52,338 nt of DNA, from the IMG/VR virus record IMGVR_UViG_3300020034_000022, positions 1 through 52,338 of that record; one strand, given 5' to 3'. Shown here piece after piece: positions 7,991 to 17,878 of this stretch. The DNA is from a virus (Duplodnaviria; Caudoviricetes). Under the pieces are notes generated by a model, which was not told the origin of the DNA, did not search any database, and saw nothing but the letters and a program-made list of their open reading frames with translations. Numbering within the stretch: the first letter of the stretch is position 1; each line of letters begins with the position of its first letter. Position numbers and translations under genes: made by a program.

Positions 7991-8121
7991 CCCTCCCCTT
8001 AGTTACTTTTGTTATCGGCATGTTCTGCATATTCCTGGCGGGCATTAATGTGTCCGGTGGACCGCACTTTAGTTTCGGCTGGGCGGGCCTGTTCCTGGTG
8101 TTTCTGAGTCAGAAATTGTAA
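7987..8121 (+). CDS. 44-aa two-TM protein (absent from the ORF track)
   Basis: TTG start; coupled TTGA and TAATG. Confidence 0.5.
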   Translation: MTLPLVTFVIGMFCIFLAGINVSGGPHFSFGWAGLFLVFLSQKL

Positions 8122-8429
8122 TGATTAATAACGAAGAGGGGCGTCCGAGTGGTCTGGAGCGCCATGCCCAGACACTGATACAGATGCTTATCTTCGTTTT
8201 GGTCGTATGGATAGGCAACACCGTATTCGAGCTTAGTAAGACTGCTGTCAAGGTAGAGTCGCAAAGCGTCGCGGCTAATGCGTCCAGCGCTCGTGTTGAA
8301 CTCAAACTAAGCACCATGGAAACACAACTTCAGGTCGTGGACAGAAACGTGTACATCGTTACCTCGCGGCAGGAGGACTTTGAACGACGGCTCAAGGGCT
8401 TGGAAGCGCTGCGCGAACGGAAGCAATGA
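8121..8429 (+). CDS. single-TM coiled-coil protein (holin or i-spanin-like)
   Basis: one TM segment then a coiled coil, in the lysis cluster. Confidence 0.55.
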   Translation: MINNEEGRPSGLERHAQTLIQMLIFVLVVWIGNTVFELSKTAVKVESQSVAANASSARVELKLSTMETQLQVVDRNVYIVTSRQEDFERRLKGLEALRERKQ

Positions 8430-8710
8430 ACTGTATCGAATGCCTGTTAATGGGCATAGCGAATTTAGTGGCGATCCTCGCCGTATTGATGGCTGTAATA
8501 ACTTTAGGAGTACATATCATGGCAACACTTCAAGAATTGAAAGACGCAGTAGCAGCAGAAGCCGCTGAAGTAAAAGCTCGCGTGGATGCACTGGAAGCAG
8601 AAGTTCAATCACTAAAGGACATCATCGCGGCCGGTGGCACGATTACCGAAGCGCAATTGGATGAAGTGCTGGTGGGTGTTAAAGGCATTTTCACAGCACC
8701 GGCAGCTTAA
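8426..8710 (+). CDS. coiled-coil protein, paralog 1 (second start at 8519)
   Basis: similar to the next ORF; internal TTAGGAG-led ATG. Confidence 0.6.
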   Translation: MNCIECLLMGIANLVAILAVLMAVITLGVHIMATLQELKDAVAAEAAEVKARVDALEAEVQSLKDIIAAGGTITEAQLDEVLVGVKGIFTAPAA

Positions 8711-8713
8711 CCC

Positions 8714-8968
8714 ATGCCCGTAACCTTAACGATCACGGTTACGGGATATGAAACCATATTGGAGACAATGATGAGTGCATTTGACGACCTGAAAGCAGAA
8801 ATCGCAGCAGAGAAGGCGCAAGTTATGGCCGGCGTGAACCTATTGCTCGCCAACGTAGCTTCACTGGAAGCTTTGTTAGCTGATGGCGGACACGTAACGG
8901 CGGAACAGATTGCCGAGCTTCGCGGCGACATTCAAAACATTTTTACCCCGCCCCCGCCCACACCGTAA
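8714..8968 (+). CDS. coiled-coil protein, paralog 2 (second start at 8768/8771)
   Basis: LK..(V/I)AAE.A.V.A.V..L.A.V.SL...(I/L)A.GG..T..Q..E...IFT.P shared with paralog 1. Confidence 0.6.
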   Translation: MPVTLTITVTGYETILETMMSAFDDLKAEIAAEKAQVMAGVNLLLANVASLEALLADGGHVTAEQIAELRGDIQNIFTPPPPTP

Positions 8969-9046
8969 GTTGGCGGGGGTGGCTACAGTGGAGAGGATGG
9001 GGATGAACGAACCCTTAACACCGCAAGGTGAAAGCTGGGATACCTC

Positions 9047-9265
9047 ATGGTACGGCTGGATGTAATGTTCGACGCCACTAAATTCCTGGATAAGCTCGCA
9101 AGCGAAGGCGTGTACCTAGTCTTAAACGACGGTTTTCTATACGCGGCCGGCGTGAACGAGACAGCCTTCCAATTAGTTCAGGGGGATATTGCAAAGCACA
9201 AAGAGGAAATAGCCTTCCTGCTAATGCACGAGCAAGGCCTGGATAACTTGGGAGCAACACATTGA
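9047..9265 (+). CDS. hypothetical protein
   Basis: 72-aa ORF; start uncertain. Confidence 0.5.
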   Translation: MVRLDVMFDATKFLDKLASEGVYLVLNDGFLYAAGVNETAFQLVQGDIAKHKEEIAFLLMHEQGLDNLGATH

Positions 9266-9552
9266 TGGACGATCAAATAAAGCGTGAGTTCGATTACATC
9301 ATCGACGCATTCGATTTGCTTCCAGCATTAACTAGGAGAGCCGCAGTGAATCCATTTGCATACAAAGACGAGTTACTGCTTTACAAGAGTGGCCCCAATC
9401 AGCGCAGGTTTGACGAGATCGAGGCCGGCATATGTTCATGGCTGAAAACGCTATCCATTCCTGCGCTTAGGGACGATGACAAACTGAAGGCCTCGGCGAA
9501 ACAGTTGCGCAAGGTATTGGTTGAGAAACTTAGCCTTGGGCCGAGCGAATAA
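9262..9552 (+). CDS. hypothetical protein
   Basis: coupled ORF. Confidence 0.55.
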   Translation: MMDDQIKREFDYIIDAFDLLPALTRRAAVNPFAYKDELLLYKSGPNQRRFDEIEAGICSWLKTLSIPALRDDDKLKASAKQLRKVLVEKLSLGPSE

Positions 9553-9566
9553 ACAATTAGATAAAA

Positions 9567-9941
9567 ATGGGCATTAAGACAGGTAACCCGCGAGGCCGGC
9601 CAAAGGGTAGTCCGAACAAGCGCACCGCGGCGAGGGACAGGGCGGTGAAGGCCGTGGTGGAGAAGTTGGCCGAGGTTATACCGAACCTGTTTGATGGCGA
9701 CTCTCACGCCTATTTGATTTCTATATACAAAGACCCGGCGCAACCCATGATGTCACGTATAGATGCGGCAAAAGCAGCCATCAAGTATGAGCGGCCGGCT
9801 TTGTCCTCAATCGAGCACAGCGGAGGTTTCGACGTTGGAATTAGCAAACTCGCAGGCGAACAGTTGGACGAAGCAATTCAACGAACTGCCGCTGAAGCAT
9901 CAATTACTCTTGCTGCTACAGGAGAAGGCAAGGCGGGTTAA
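9567..9941 (+). CDS. terS: terminase small subunit
   Basis: GNPRGRPKGSPNK and RIDAAKAAIKY; directly upstream of TerL. Confidence 0.75.
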   Translation: MGIKTGNPRGRPKGSPNKRTAARDRAVKAVVEKLAEVIPNLFDGDSHAYLISIYKDPAQPMMSRIDAAKAAIKYERPALSSIEHSGGFDVGISKLAGEQLDEAIQRTAAEASITLAATGEGKAG

Positions 9942-11349
9942 GTTACGGAAGCTATTCACCTATTTCCCTGACACCGGTCCGCTAAGACGCGAACTTTACA
10001 GGCAGCATCTTGAGTTCTTCCGGCTTGGCGAGACACACCAGATACGAGCGTTTTTGGCCGGCAATCGGATAGGAAAAACTGAGGGCGGTGGTGGCTACGA
10101 GCTAACCTGCCATCTCACAGGACGCTATCCAAGTTGGTGGGAGGGCGCAAGGTTCACCGAATACGTTCGGGCCTGGGCCGCGGGTGACACCAGACAGACC
10201 ACCAAGGACATCATCCAGCAGAAGCTGTTGGGCGATTGGGGCAAGTTTGGGACGGGATTAATACCCGGCGAAGACATCATCAAGACTACGCCCATGCAGG
10301 GTGTGCCTGAAGCCGTGGGTACCGTGTGGGTACAGCACTACGACGAACACGGCAAGAAGGATGGCATATCCCGGCTGGGGTTTAAGTCGTTCGACCAAGG
10401 GCGAGAAGCCTTCCAGGGTACCGAACAAGAGGTTATCTGGCTAGATGAGGAAGCTGACGAGGGCATTCGTAATGAATGCATTCTGCGTCTGATGACCACT
10501 GACGGTCTGTTAATAGAGACATTCACGCCGCTGAAGGGGCTGACGAAGATCGTCATGCAGTATCTCCCCGCGGGTTACGAGGAAGGCATGGCGAGAGTAG
10601 TCACTGGTAACAGAGCAATGGTCATGGCCGGCTGGGATGACGTGCCCCACCTGACTGAAGCGCAAAAACAGTTGATGCGCGAGGAAACGCCGCCGCACTT
10701 AATCGAGGCGCGTTCCAAGGGCATACCAAGTATCGGCGCTGGCGCTATATATCCCCTGGCCGAGTCTGAGTTTGTTGTGGACGACATACCAATACAACCG
10801 TCGTGGCCGAGAGCATACGCCATGGATGTGGGCTGGAATCGTACCGCCACATTGTGGGGCGCACTAGACCCTATAAACAATATTACCTACCTGTACGCCG
10901 AGTATTACCGCGGGCAGGCAGAACCGCCGATTCATGCTGCTGCGATTAAGAATCGAGGTGACTGGATACCGGGGGTCATAGACCCCGCATCTTCTGGTTC
11001 TGGACAACAGGACGGCAAGAAACTGGCTGAGTTATACGGCACTGGATCAAAAGGCCAAGGCCTAGACCTTGCCTTTGCGAAGAACGATGTTGAGGCCGGT
11101 ATTGCCGAGGTTTGGAAGGGTCTTTCAACAGGAAGCGTTAAGGTATTCAAGAGTTTGCAACATTGGCGCACAGAGTATCGGATGTATCACAGAAACGAAA
11201 AGGGCGTCATAGTGAAAGAAAGCGATCATCTGATGGATTGCACGCGCTACCTGCTGTTGTCGGGAATGCGGCGTGCTGTTAAGCAATCGTCAGGGAATAT
11301 CCCTAAACCGGTGCGCCAGCGCGTACTGGATCGCGGAACGGGCCTGTGA
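9835..11349 (+). CDS. terL: terminase large subunit
   Basis: Walker A AGNRIGKT, Walker B IWLDEE, nuclease DVG...DHLMDCTRY; GGAGG-led TTG at 9835. Confidence 0.95.
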   Translation: MELANSQANSWTKQFNELPLKHQLLLLLQEKARRVKLRKLFTYFPDTGPLRRELYRQHLEFFRLGETHQIRAFLAGNRIGKTEGGGGYELTCHLTGRYPSWWEGARFTEYVRAWAAGDTRQTTKDIIQQKLLGDWGKFGTGLIPGEDIIKTTPMQGVPEAVGTVWVQHYDEHGKKDGISRLGFKSFDQGREAFQGTEQEVIWLDEEADEGIRNECILRLMTTDGLLIETFTPLKGLTKIVMQYLPAGYEEGMARVVTGNRAMVMAGWDDVPHLTEAQKQLMREETPPHLIEARSKGIPSIGAGAIYPLAESEFVVDDIPIQPSWPRAYAMDVGWNRTATLWGALDPINNITYLYAEYYRGQAEPPIHAAAIKNRGDWIPGVIDPASSGSGQQDGKKLAELYGTGSKGQGLDLAFAKNDVEAGIAEVWKGLSTGSVKVFKSLQHWRTEYRMYHRNEKGVIVKESDHLMDCTRYLLLSGMRRAVKQSSGNIPKPVRQRVLDRGTGL

Positions 11350-13670
11350 TCGAACCAGGTGCTTTACCTGCACAGTTAGACGAGTCGCAGTTAGCCGCTA
11401 TAGCTGAAGCTGCGCTCAAAAAAGAAGAAGAACGTATTGTCCGTCTTAATTCATTAGCACTATCTCTTGGGTCGAAGCGCCGTACCGCTATTGATAACCG
11501 GGCGGCAAGCGGTATAGAGCAGATATGGCTGGAAGACGAGGACGCTTTTGACGGCATTGATGACGCTAATCGCGCTCAAGAAGGCGCTCAAGGAACTCGC
11601 CATAGATTTCTAAAGCCTACGTCATCGGCGGGAAGAGTAATTACCAAAAACGATGACGTAGACGAGAACGCCTGTATTTTGCTGCCGAACATCACGGCAC
11701 CTTACGCGGAAGCTGGTGCGGCGAGCATTGCGGACATACTGCTCCCGTTGGATGAATGGCCGTTCGCGCTTGACCCAACGCCTGTTCCTGAGTTGACCCA
11801 GGTTCTGGAGCAGATGGGTGACATGCCTGATGAGCAGATGGTGCAAATGCCAGGTATGCAACAACCGGCCCAAGCGGGTGCGTTAAAGGCAGAAGCAGAA
11901 CAAGTCCTTCAAAAGGCTAAGAAATGTGCTGAGAAGGCGGAGACACGTATCAAGGACTGGCTTACCGAATGCCAGTGGCACGGTAAGTCGCGCCGGCAGA
12001 TTGATGATGCTGCTCGTGTGGGTACTGGAATTGTTAAAGGTCCGGTGCCGAGCATGAAAAAACAATACTCATGGCAGGAAGAGGGCGGCGTTAAGAAGTT
12101 AACTATCAAAGAAGAAATCAAACCGATTACAGATAACGTTGATTTCTGGAACCTATTTCCTGACTATCCCGCTTGTGGTGAGAATATTCACAACGGCTCG
12201 TTCGTATTTGAGCGAGGTGAAATCACCCATAAGACATTACAAGGATTACGCGGGCAAGATGGATGTATTGATAGCCAGATCGAACTGTGCCTGCAAGAAG
12301 GGCCGATTCAGGCCGAAGTATATCCTGGAGACAAACAGCCCAAGGACGGCACGTTCGAGATATGGTGGTTTCACGGCGCTTTAGAGCGTGAGGACGTAGA
12401 GGCTGCTGGTTGTGACTGTTCCGACCAGCCAGAAGGCTACATATCAATTCCCGCAGTGATTACGGTAGTCAATAACCGTATCATCCGGGCTGCTTTAAAC
12501 CATCTGGATAAAGGTAGCTTCCCTTACGACATTCTGACGTGGCGCCGTCGCCCCGGAATGTCGTAAGGGCAGGGTATCCCACGACAGATCAGACCGGCGC
12601 AGCGAGGATTTACGGCGTGCTTCCGCGCGCTAATGGAGAATGCTGGGCTTAGTGCTAAGCCGATGATTGCCGTATTACGGAAGTATCTATTCCCTCAAGA
12701 TCAATCATGGCAATTATTCGGCGGCAAGGTATTTGAGGTTAGCGCAGACGCTGACGTAAGAGATATTAAAGCCGCAATCACAACCCTACAGGTTGATAGC
12801 CGGCAGGCTGAGTTGCTGGGCATCATGCAGTTTCTGCTAAAGATGGCCGAGGATATTACCGGCCAACCGGCTTTGTTACAGGGGCAGCAGGGTAAGGCGC
12901 CGGACACGGTAGGCGTAACGACCATCCTGAATAACAACGCCAGTGTTACCCGTAGACGCATAGCACGTCAGTTTGACGACCAGGTGATTGAACCCGGCAT
13001 CGGTCGTTACTACGACTATCTCATGCAGTACGGTGAGGATGAGGAAGAAAAGGGATTGTTCGTAATAGATGCCCGCGCTTCTAGTGTGCTAGTGGAACGC
13101 GACACGCAGAATCAGGGAATCATGCAGTTAATGGGCGCATCCGTAAATCAGGCCTATGGCGCCAACCCTCGTAAAGTGTTTGCTGCCGCTTGCAAGGCGC
13201 TGAAGATTGCTCCCGATGACCTCCAGTATACCGACGAGGAATGGAAGCAGATTCAGGAGAACGCCGCCAAACAGCCGGCAGACCCACGCATACAGGTAGC
13301 TCAGATCAACGCCGAACTTAAAGCGCAAGTCGAAGCCGGCCGCATTCAGTCAGAGTCGATAGAAAATGAGCGTGATCGTCAGAACGCATTGATTATCGCG
13401 GCCATAGATGAGCGCATGAACAGCACCGAACTCACTTCAGCCGAGCGGCAGAACCTTGACAAGATCAAGGGTACGCTCTCAGGTAAGGTGATTGAGGTCA
13501 AAGCGCAGCAACAACTGACCCGCGAAAACATGGAGCATCAGAAAGATGTGACCGTGGCTGGGCATAAGATGGACCTGCATAAGCATCGCAATCCGTCGCC
13601 TGACGTGATTAAAAAGCCTGCCGTTGAACCCCCTGGCAGGGCCGCTGAAGGTCAGGCGTTCGTGCAATGA
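11346..13670 (+). pseudogene. portal protein interrupted by one in-frame TAA (12564-12566); pseudogene, recoded gene or sequence error
   Basis: ORFs 11346-12566 and 12633-13670 share a frame, and the gap reads *GQGIPRQIRPAQRGFTACFRAL; position after TerL; GTGIVKGP and WNLFPD motifs. Confidence 0.8.
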
Positions 13671-13849
13671 GCGAACTTGGGTCTAGCGATTTCAAGTCAG
13701 AGACGTGGTTGAGATTCATTAAGTATCTTGAGGATGAGCTTGCCGAGCGACGCGCTTATAACGAAGGGGTAACGCTTACCGACGTTGAAACCGCAGTCAT
13801 ACGCGGCGAGATAAAACATATCAAGAAGCTGTTGAGATTAGCGGGCTAG
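13667..13849 (+). CDS. small post-portal protein (Bbp19-like)
   Basis: ETAVIRGEIK..K.LL; typical position. Confidence 0.65.
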   Translation: MSELGSSDFKSETWLRFIKYLEDELAERRAYNEGVTLTDVETAVIRGEIKHIKKLLRLAG

Positions 13850-13867
13850 AAATACCCCGCCTTTGTG

Positions 13868-13895
13868 AACCCGCCTAGTGCGGGTTTTTTCTTTT
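13868..13895 (+). terminator. intrinsic terminator
   Basis: AACCCGC-CTAGT-GCGGGTT followed by a T run. Confidence 0.8.
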
Positions 13896-13904
13896 GGAGA
13901 GCGC

Positions 13905-14756
13905 ATGAGCGAAGAAGTTGTCGTCCCAACCGAACAGGAAGCCTCCGCCGCGATCAGCGCCGGGTATGCAAAGGTTAACCCGCCCGCTGAAGTAGTAAAG
14001 ACTGAAGCGGAGGTTGTTGAAACTCCACCCGAAAAGGTAGAGACGGTTGAGGCCGACCCATGGGAAGGCGTGCCGGATGTCGTTCGTAAGACGTTAGACG
14101 GCATCACTGGAAAACTAGGCTCTTTCGACGGTGACTTAAAGGCCACTGTCGGGCGTATCCAAGCCGAGAACACGAAGTTTGAAAAATTACTGGCTACTGC
14201 GCAATCGGTAGCCAAGACCGTAGAAGACGCGCCGACGCAAGCACAAATTGCCGTCGCCGCCACCACTGCGGAGTTGTGGCAAAAACAGAAGGATGACTAC
14301 CCCGAATGGGCTGAAGGAATGGAAGCTAAGTTCGCCGCCGAACGCGCCGACTGGCTGAAAAGCGTTCCGACAGTTGATGTCGAGGGAATTAACAAATCGG
14401 TTTCGACCGTATCGACCAAGGTGGACAACCAACGCCTTGAACAGATGAGTGAAGTGGTGGCGATCAAGTATCCGGAATGGGAGAAGACGGTTTCTTCGGA
14501 CAATCCCAAATTCGTTGCGTGGTACACGGCACAACCGCAGGAAGTTCAGGCGCTTGGGCAATCCGTCAGAGCACGCGACGCGATCAAGGTTCTTGATCTT
14601 TATACCGAACACGAAAAAGCCGAAACCGTACGCACCAAAAACCAAGCACGGCTCGCTGGAGTGGTAGCGCCTAAACAGGCGAACAGCGGCGGGCCTTCAA
14701 TCTTACCGGACGAAGCGGGCCTCTCAGTCGGTTACAACCGGGTGAAGCGCGCGTAA
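13905..14756 (+). CDS. capsid scaffolding protein
   Basis: acidic, helical; lies between portal and capsid; GGAGA SD. Confidence 0.7.
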   Translation: MSEEVVVPTEQEASAAISAGYAKVNPPAEVVKTEAEVVETPPEKVETVEADPWEGVPDVVRKTLDGITGKLGSFDGDLKATVGRIQAENTKFEKLLATAQSVAKTVEDAPTQAQIAVAATTAELWQKQKDDYPEWAEGMEAKFAAERADWLKSVPTVDVEGINKSVSTVSTKVDNQRLEQMSEVVAIKYPEWEKTVSSDNPKFVAWYTAQPQEVQALGQSVRARDAIKVLDLYTEHEKAETVRTKNQARLAGVVAPKQANSGGPSILPDEAGLSVGYNRVKRA

Positions 14757-14771
14757 CAAAGGACATTAATT

Positions 14772-15815
14772 ATGCCTATCCAAACCTACTCGACCAGTGC
14801 AGGTCGTATCAACGAAATCAAAGGCGAAATGCTCGCCATGGCCGAACCGACAATGGTTCTGGCGATGGGCGCCGAAATGAAGCGCATCCCCAAGAATAAG
14901 GGTGACAACATCAGCTATCGCCGTCTTATCCCGACTGGTGGCGCAACAACCAACTCCAACACGATCAATCGTTGGAGTGTTTCCGCAGTGGCGCATCTGT
15001 TGCAAGAAGGTGTGACGCCGAACGCTGAAACGCTGACGGATCAATACGTTAACGTTCAACTGAGCGAATACGGCGCGATTTACGGCTGGACCAACAAGAC
15101 GGCCGACTTGCACGAAGACGACATCCCTGGCGACATGAAGTCTATTCTCGCAAAGCGTATGGGTCTGGTGCAGGAAATGATTCGCTACGGCAGCATGAAG
15201 GCGTGCTCTAACGTCTCCTACGCCGGTGGTACGACTCGTGCCACGGTAGACGAAGCTATCTCCCTGCTGGTGCTGCGTCGTATGGCGCGTACCCTGTTGG
15301 CGAACCATGCCAATAAAAAGAGCAAGGTTATCGCTGCTGGCCCGGATTACGACACCTCGGCGATTGAAGAAGCGTTCATGGTGTTCGTGCATACCGACGC
15401 CGCGGCTGACGTGCGCGATCTACCTGGCTTTGTACCGGTGTCGAAATATGCTGGCTTCAAACCGCTTAGCCCCAAGGAAATCGGTTCGTGCGAGGAATTC
15501 CGCTTCATCCTCAGTCCTGAACTCGCGTCCTATGCCGATTCTGGCGCTGCGATTGCTTCGACCGGGCTGTATTCCACGACCGGCTCACTGATCGACGTGT
15601 ATCCGTTCATCGTTTGCGGTGAAGACGCGGTATTCGACATTGGCCTTAAAGGTGGTGATTCGTTCAACCTCTCCGTGATTCCGCATACGCAGAAGGACAA
15701 GAACGACATTCTTGGTCAGCGCGGCTATGTCGGCGCAAGCTTTTGGTCTGCGGTTCTTGTTGCCAACAATGGTTTCATGGGCGTGATCGAAGCCGGCGTT
15801 GATTCCCTGGCCTAA
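14772..15815 (+). CDS. major capsid protein, N4-gp56 family
   Basis: LQEGVTP, FVHTD...DVRDLPGFVPV.KY, EIGSCEEFRF, D.LGQRGYVG. Confidence 0.9.
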   Translation: MPIQTYSTSAGRINEIKGEMLAMAEPTMVLAMGAEMKRIPKNKGDNISYRRLIPTGGATTNSNTINRWSVSAVAHLLQEGVTPNAETLTDQYVNVQLSEYGAIYGWTNKTADLHEDDIPGDMKSILAKRMGLVQEMIRYGSMKACSNVSYAGGTTRATVDEAISLLVLRRMARTLLANHANKKSKVIAAGPDYDTSAIEEAFMVFVHTDAAADVRDLPGFVPVSKYAGFKPLSPKEIGSCEEFRFILSPELASYADSGAAIASTGLYSTTGSLIDVYPFIVCGEDAVFDIGLKGGDSFNLSVIPHTQKDKNDILGQRGYVGASFWSAVLVANNGFMGVIEAGVDSLA

Positions 15816-15839
15816 CCCTTAACAATTCAGGAGAAACAT

Positions 15840-16334
15840 ATGAGAAACGCAAATCGACGCACCATTAGTTATGTGGCTACGGGTCTGACCAAAGGAACGA
15901 CCTCTACCTACACCACGACCGCAACGAGCGAAACCGCAATCAACGGCAAGCGCTCCACCGGCTTGACCGCTCAAACCGATACCGCAACGCCGACAACCGA
16001 CGCCGGCACTGGATTGGCTTACCGGGCGCTGACGGACAACCAGGCGACGGTGCTGGTGTTCGGTGTTACTGCTGCTGGTGCAATTGCCGTATGCCAAGGT
16101 GGTATCGAGCCGACCGACATCGGCGTAACGACTACTGCTGGCGCCTTCCGTCTGGCGCCGCAGTTCCCTAACCTGCCAGACAATTTCTGCCCGATTGGTT
16201 ATCTGTTGGTGCGTACCGCACCTTCAGCGGTCGATTGGACGTTTGGCAGTTCAAGCTGGACGGCGACAGGCATAACAGCCTCCGCCGTGGTTGAAGTAGA
16301 CGGCCAACTGCCCGACCGTCCGCAGACCAGCTAA
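15840..16334 (+). CDS. putative capsid decoration protein
   Basis: Thr/Ala-rich, immediately after the MCP and before a terminator. Confidence 0.55.
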   Translation: MRNANRRTISYVATGLTKGTTSTYTTTATSETAINGKRSTGLTAQTDTATPTTDAGTGLAYRALTDNQATVLVFGVTAAGAIAVCQGGIEPTDIGVTTTAGAFRLAPQFPNLPDNFCPIGYLLVRTAPSAVDWTFGSSSWTATGITASAVVEVDGQLPDRPQTS

Positions 16335-16352
16335 TCGCAAGCCACTAAACAA

Positions 16353-16376
16353 GCCGCCCTCCGGGGCGGTTTTTTT
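16353..16376 (+). terminator. intrinsic terminator
   Basis: GCCGCCC-TCCG-GGGCGGT followed by a T run. Confidence 0.9.
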
Positions 16377-16396
16377 CGTACTAAGGAGACAACTGT

Positions 16397-16951
16397 ATGG
16401 CACGAGTGAAGTCAGGTGTTGAAAAGAAACCGCGTTCACCGGCTCAACTGGCGAACGACGAGCGGTTGCGCGAACGAAAGAACGTAGCACCAGTTGTTAT
16501 ACGCAAGATGACCGAATCACAGGAACAGACCGTAGGCCAAAGCGGTGTTCGTGAATTCGACAAGAACAATGAACTAACCAAATTACCTACGGTACAGACT
16601 GAGAAGAAAAGCGCGAAGTGGATGGAGGACATGGCGTTTGCCAATGAAATCGTCACCGTTCGCATCCAGCCTGACACTAACAAAGCATCCCATCCATTCC
16701 CCGAAGTCTGGGTGAACGGACGTGTTCAGCGTTTCGTGCGCGGCGAAGAACAAAAGGTTCGCCGTTGCTATGTGGAAAAACTGGCGCGCATGAAGCTGAC
16801 CTCCTACGACAACCTGAAAACCAAGGATGTCAACGGTGAGGATGTCTATCGCTACCCGCATACGACTGGATTGGTGTTCCCGTTCACCGTCGTAGGTGAC
16901 ACGCCCAAGGGCGATGCGTGGCTTAAACAAATTTTGCAGGAAGCAGGCTAA
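16397..16951 (+). CDS. hypothetical head-region protein
   Basis: TAAGGAG SD; 184 aa. Confidence 0.7.
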   Translation: MARVKSGVEKKPRSPAQLANDERLRERKNVAPVVIRKMTESQEQTVGQSGVREFDKNNELTKLPTVQTEKKSAKWMEDMAFANEIVTVRIQPDTNKASHPFPEVWVNGRVQRFVRGEEQKVRRCYVEKLARMKLTSYDNLKTKDVNGEDVYRYPHTTGLVFPFTVVGDTPKGDAWLKQILQEAG

Positions 16952-16969
16952 TCGTACGCCGTTGCAGTT

Positions 16970-16999
16970 GGGTATCCGAATTTCTCGGCTATCCCTTTT
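16970..16999 (+). terminator. possible weak terminator
   Basis: imperfect GGGTATCCGA/TCGGCTATCCC hairpin followed by TTTT. Confidence 0.4.
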
Positions 17000-17011
17000 A
17001 AGGAGATTCAC

Positions 17012-17521
17012 ATGGCAGACCGTATTCAGCAATATCTAAACAAATTACCCGACCGTCGTGTTTCAGTTGTGTTGCAGCAAATCTTTGGGCGCTTTATCTC
17101 AACGAAGGCTGACGATGGGGCGAGTCCTACGGTAGCGCTCAAGCCGGCGCGCGTCATTACGGCTGAAGGCGCACCGAGTTCCGTAGCTACTGCTGGTGCT
17201 GGAACGATTTCAGCGGCTCATGTTATGAGCGGTATCTATGTGCGTGACTGTGCTGGTGCGGGCCGTACAGACACTTTTGATACTGGAGCCGCAATCGTTG
17301 CCGCGGTTCCCAATGCGGCGGTAGGAGACGTGCTTCGTCTGTTGATTGTGAATGGTTCGGACGCGGCAGAAACAATCACCTTGGGCGTTCCCGCCAGCGG
17401 TGGGTTTGATACCAACCAAACCGCGACAGCACGGGTCATCCCGCAGTTCCATTCCAAACTCGTTCACATACGATTGACCAATGTAACGGCTGGCGCCGAA
17501 GCATACGTCGTTTACGCATAA
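17012..17521 (+). CDS. putative virion structural protein
   Basis: TAAGGAG SD; beta-rich C-terminus. Confidence 0.6.
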   Translation: MADRIQQYLNKLPDRRVSVVLQQIFGRFISTKADDGASPTVALKPARVITAEGAPSSVATAGAGTISAAHVMSGIYVRDCAGAGRTDTFDTGAAIVAAVPNAAVGDVLRLLIVNGSDAAETITLGVPASGGFDTNQTATARVIPQFHSKLVHIRLTNVTAGAEAYVVYA

Positions 17522-17530
17522 GGAATCCTC

Positions 17531-17878
17531 ATGGCAGCTATTGCGCCGACCCTCACCAGGCATGGCCCTGATGCCGCTCTTGTTTCGTGGCTGGCTGTAG
17601 GAAACGGAGACACGTTTGCGCCATTCAACCGGCTATCGCACTCCGGATTTACACGTAGGAGCGTACAGATAACAGGGACGTTTGGCAGCGCAACAGTTGT
17701 CATCAATGGTTCTATAGATGGGACTACTTACGCGGGACTGAGCGATGTTCAAGGCACTCTGGTAAGTAAAACGGCTGCTGGCTTTGAACAGCTTCAGGAC
17801 ATTACGCCTTTCGTTCAGCCGGCTAAGTCTGGCGGTACTGGCGAAAGTATCAACGTGTATATGTTCCTGGCCCGTTAA
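17531..17878 (+). CDS. putative virion beta-sandwich protein
   Basis: SVQITGTFGSATV...GS.DG; TAATG-coupled to the next gene. Confidence 0.6.
   Translation: MAAIAPTLTRHGPDAALVSWLAVGNGDTFAPFNRLSHSGFTRRSVQITGTFGSATVVINGSIDGTTYAGLSDVQGTLVSKTAAGFEQLQDITPFVQPAKSGGTGESINVYMFLAR

Noticed and set aside
8945-9050. Riboswitch or terminator after the paralogue pair
   Set aside because: The GC hairpin lacks a U-tract, and a single CACC-GCAA-GGTG hairpin is too little evidence; it may be a tiny coupled ORF
11346-13670. Genome-wide stop-codon reassignment as the explanation for the split portal
   Set aside because: TAA, TAG and TGA all end genes normally, often with coupled starts (TAATG at 1114, 17876, 32871); only this gene is interrupted
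14766-15392. 208-aa antisense ORF in the capsid gene, and similar shadow ORFs elsewhere
   Set aside because: Lies fully opposite a well-supported gene, with no SD or motifs
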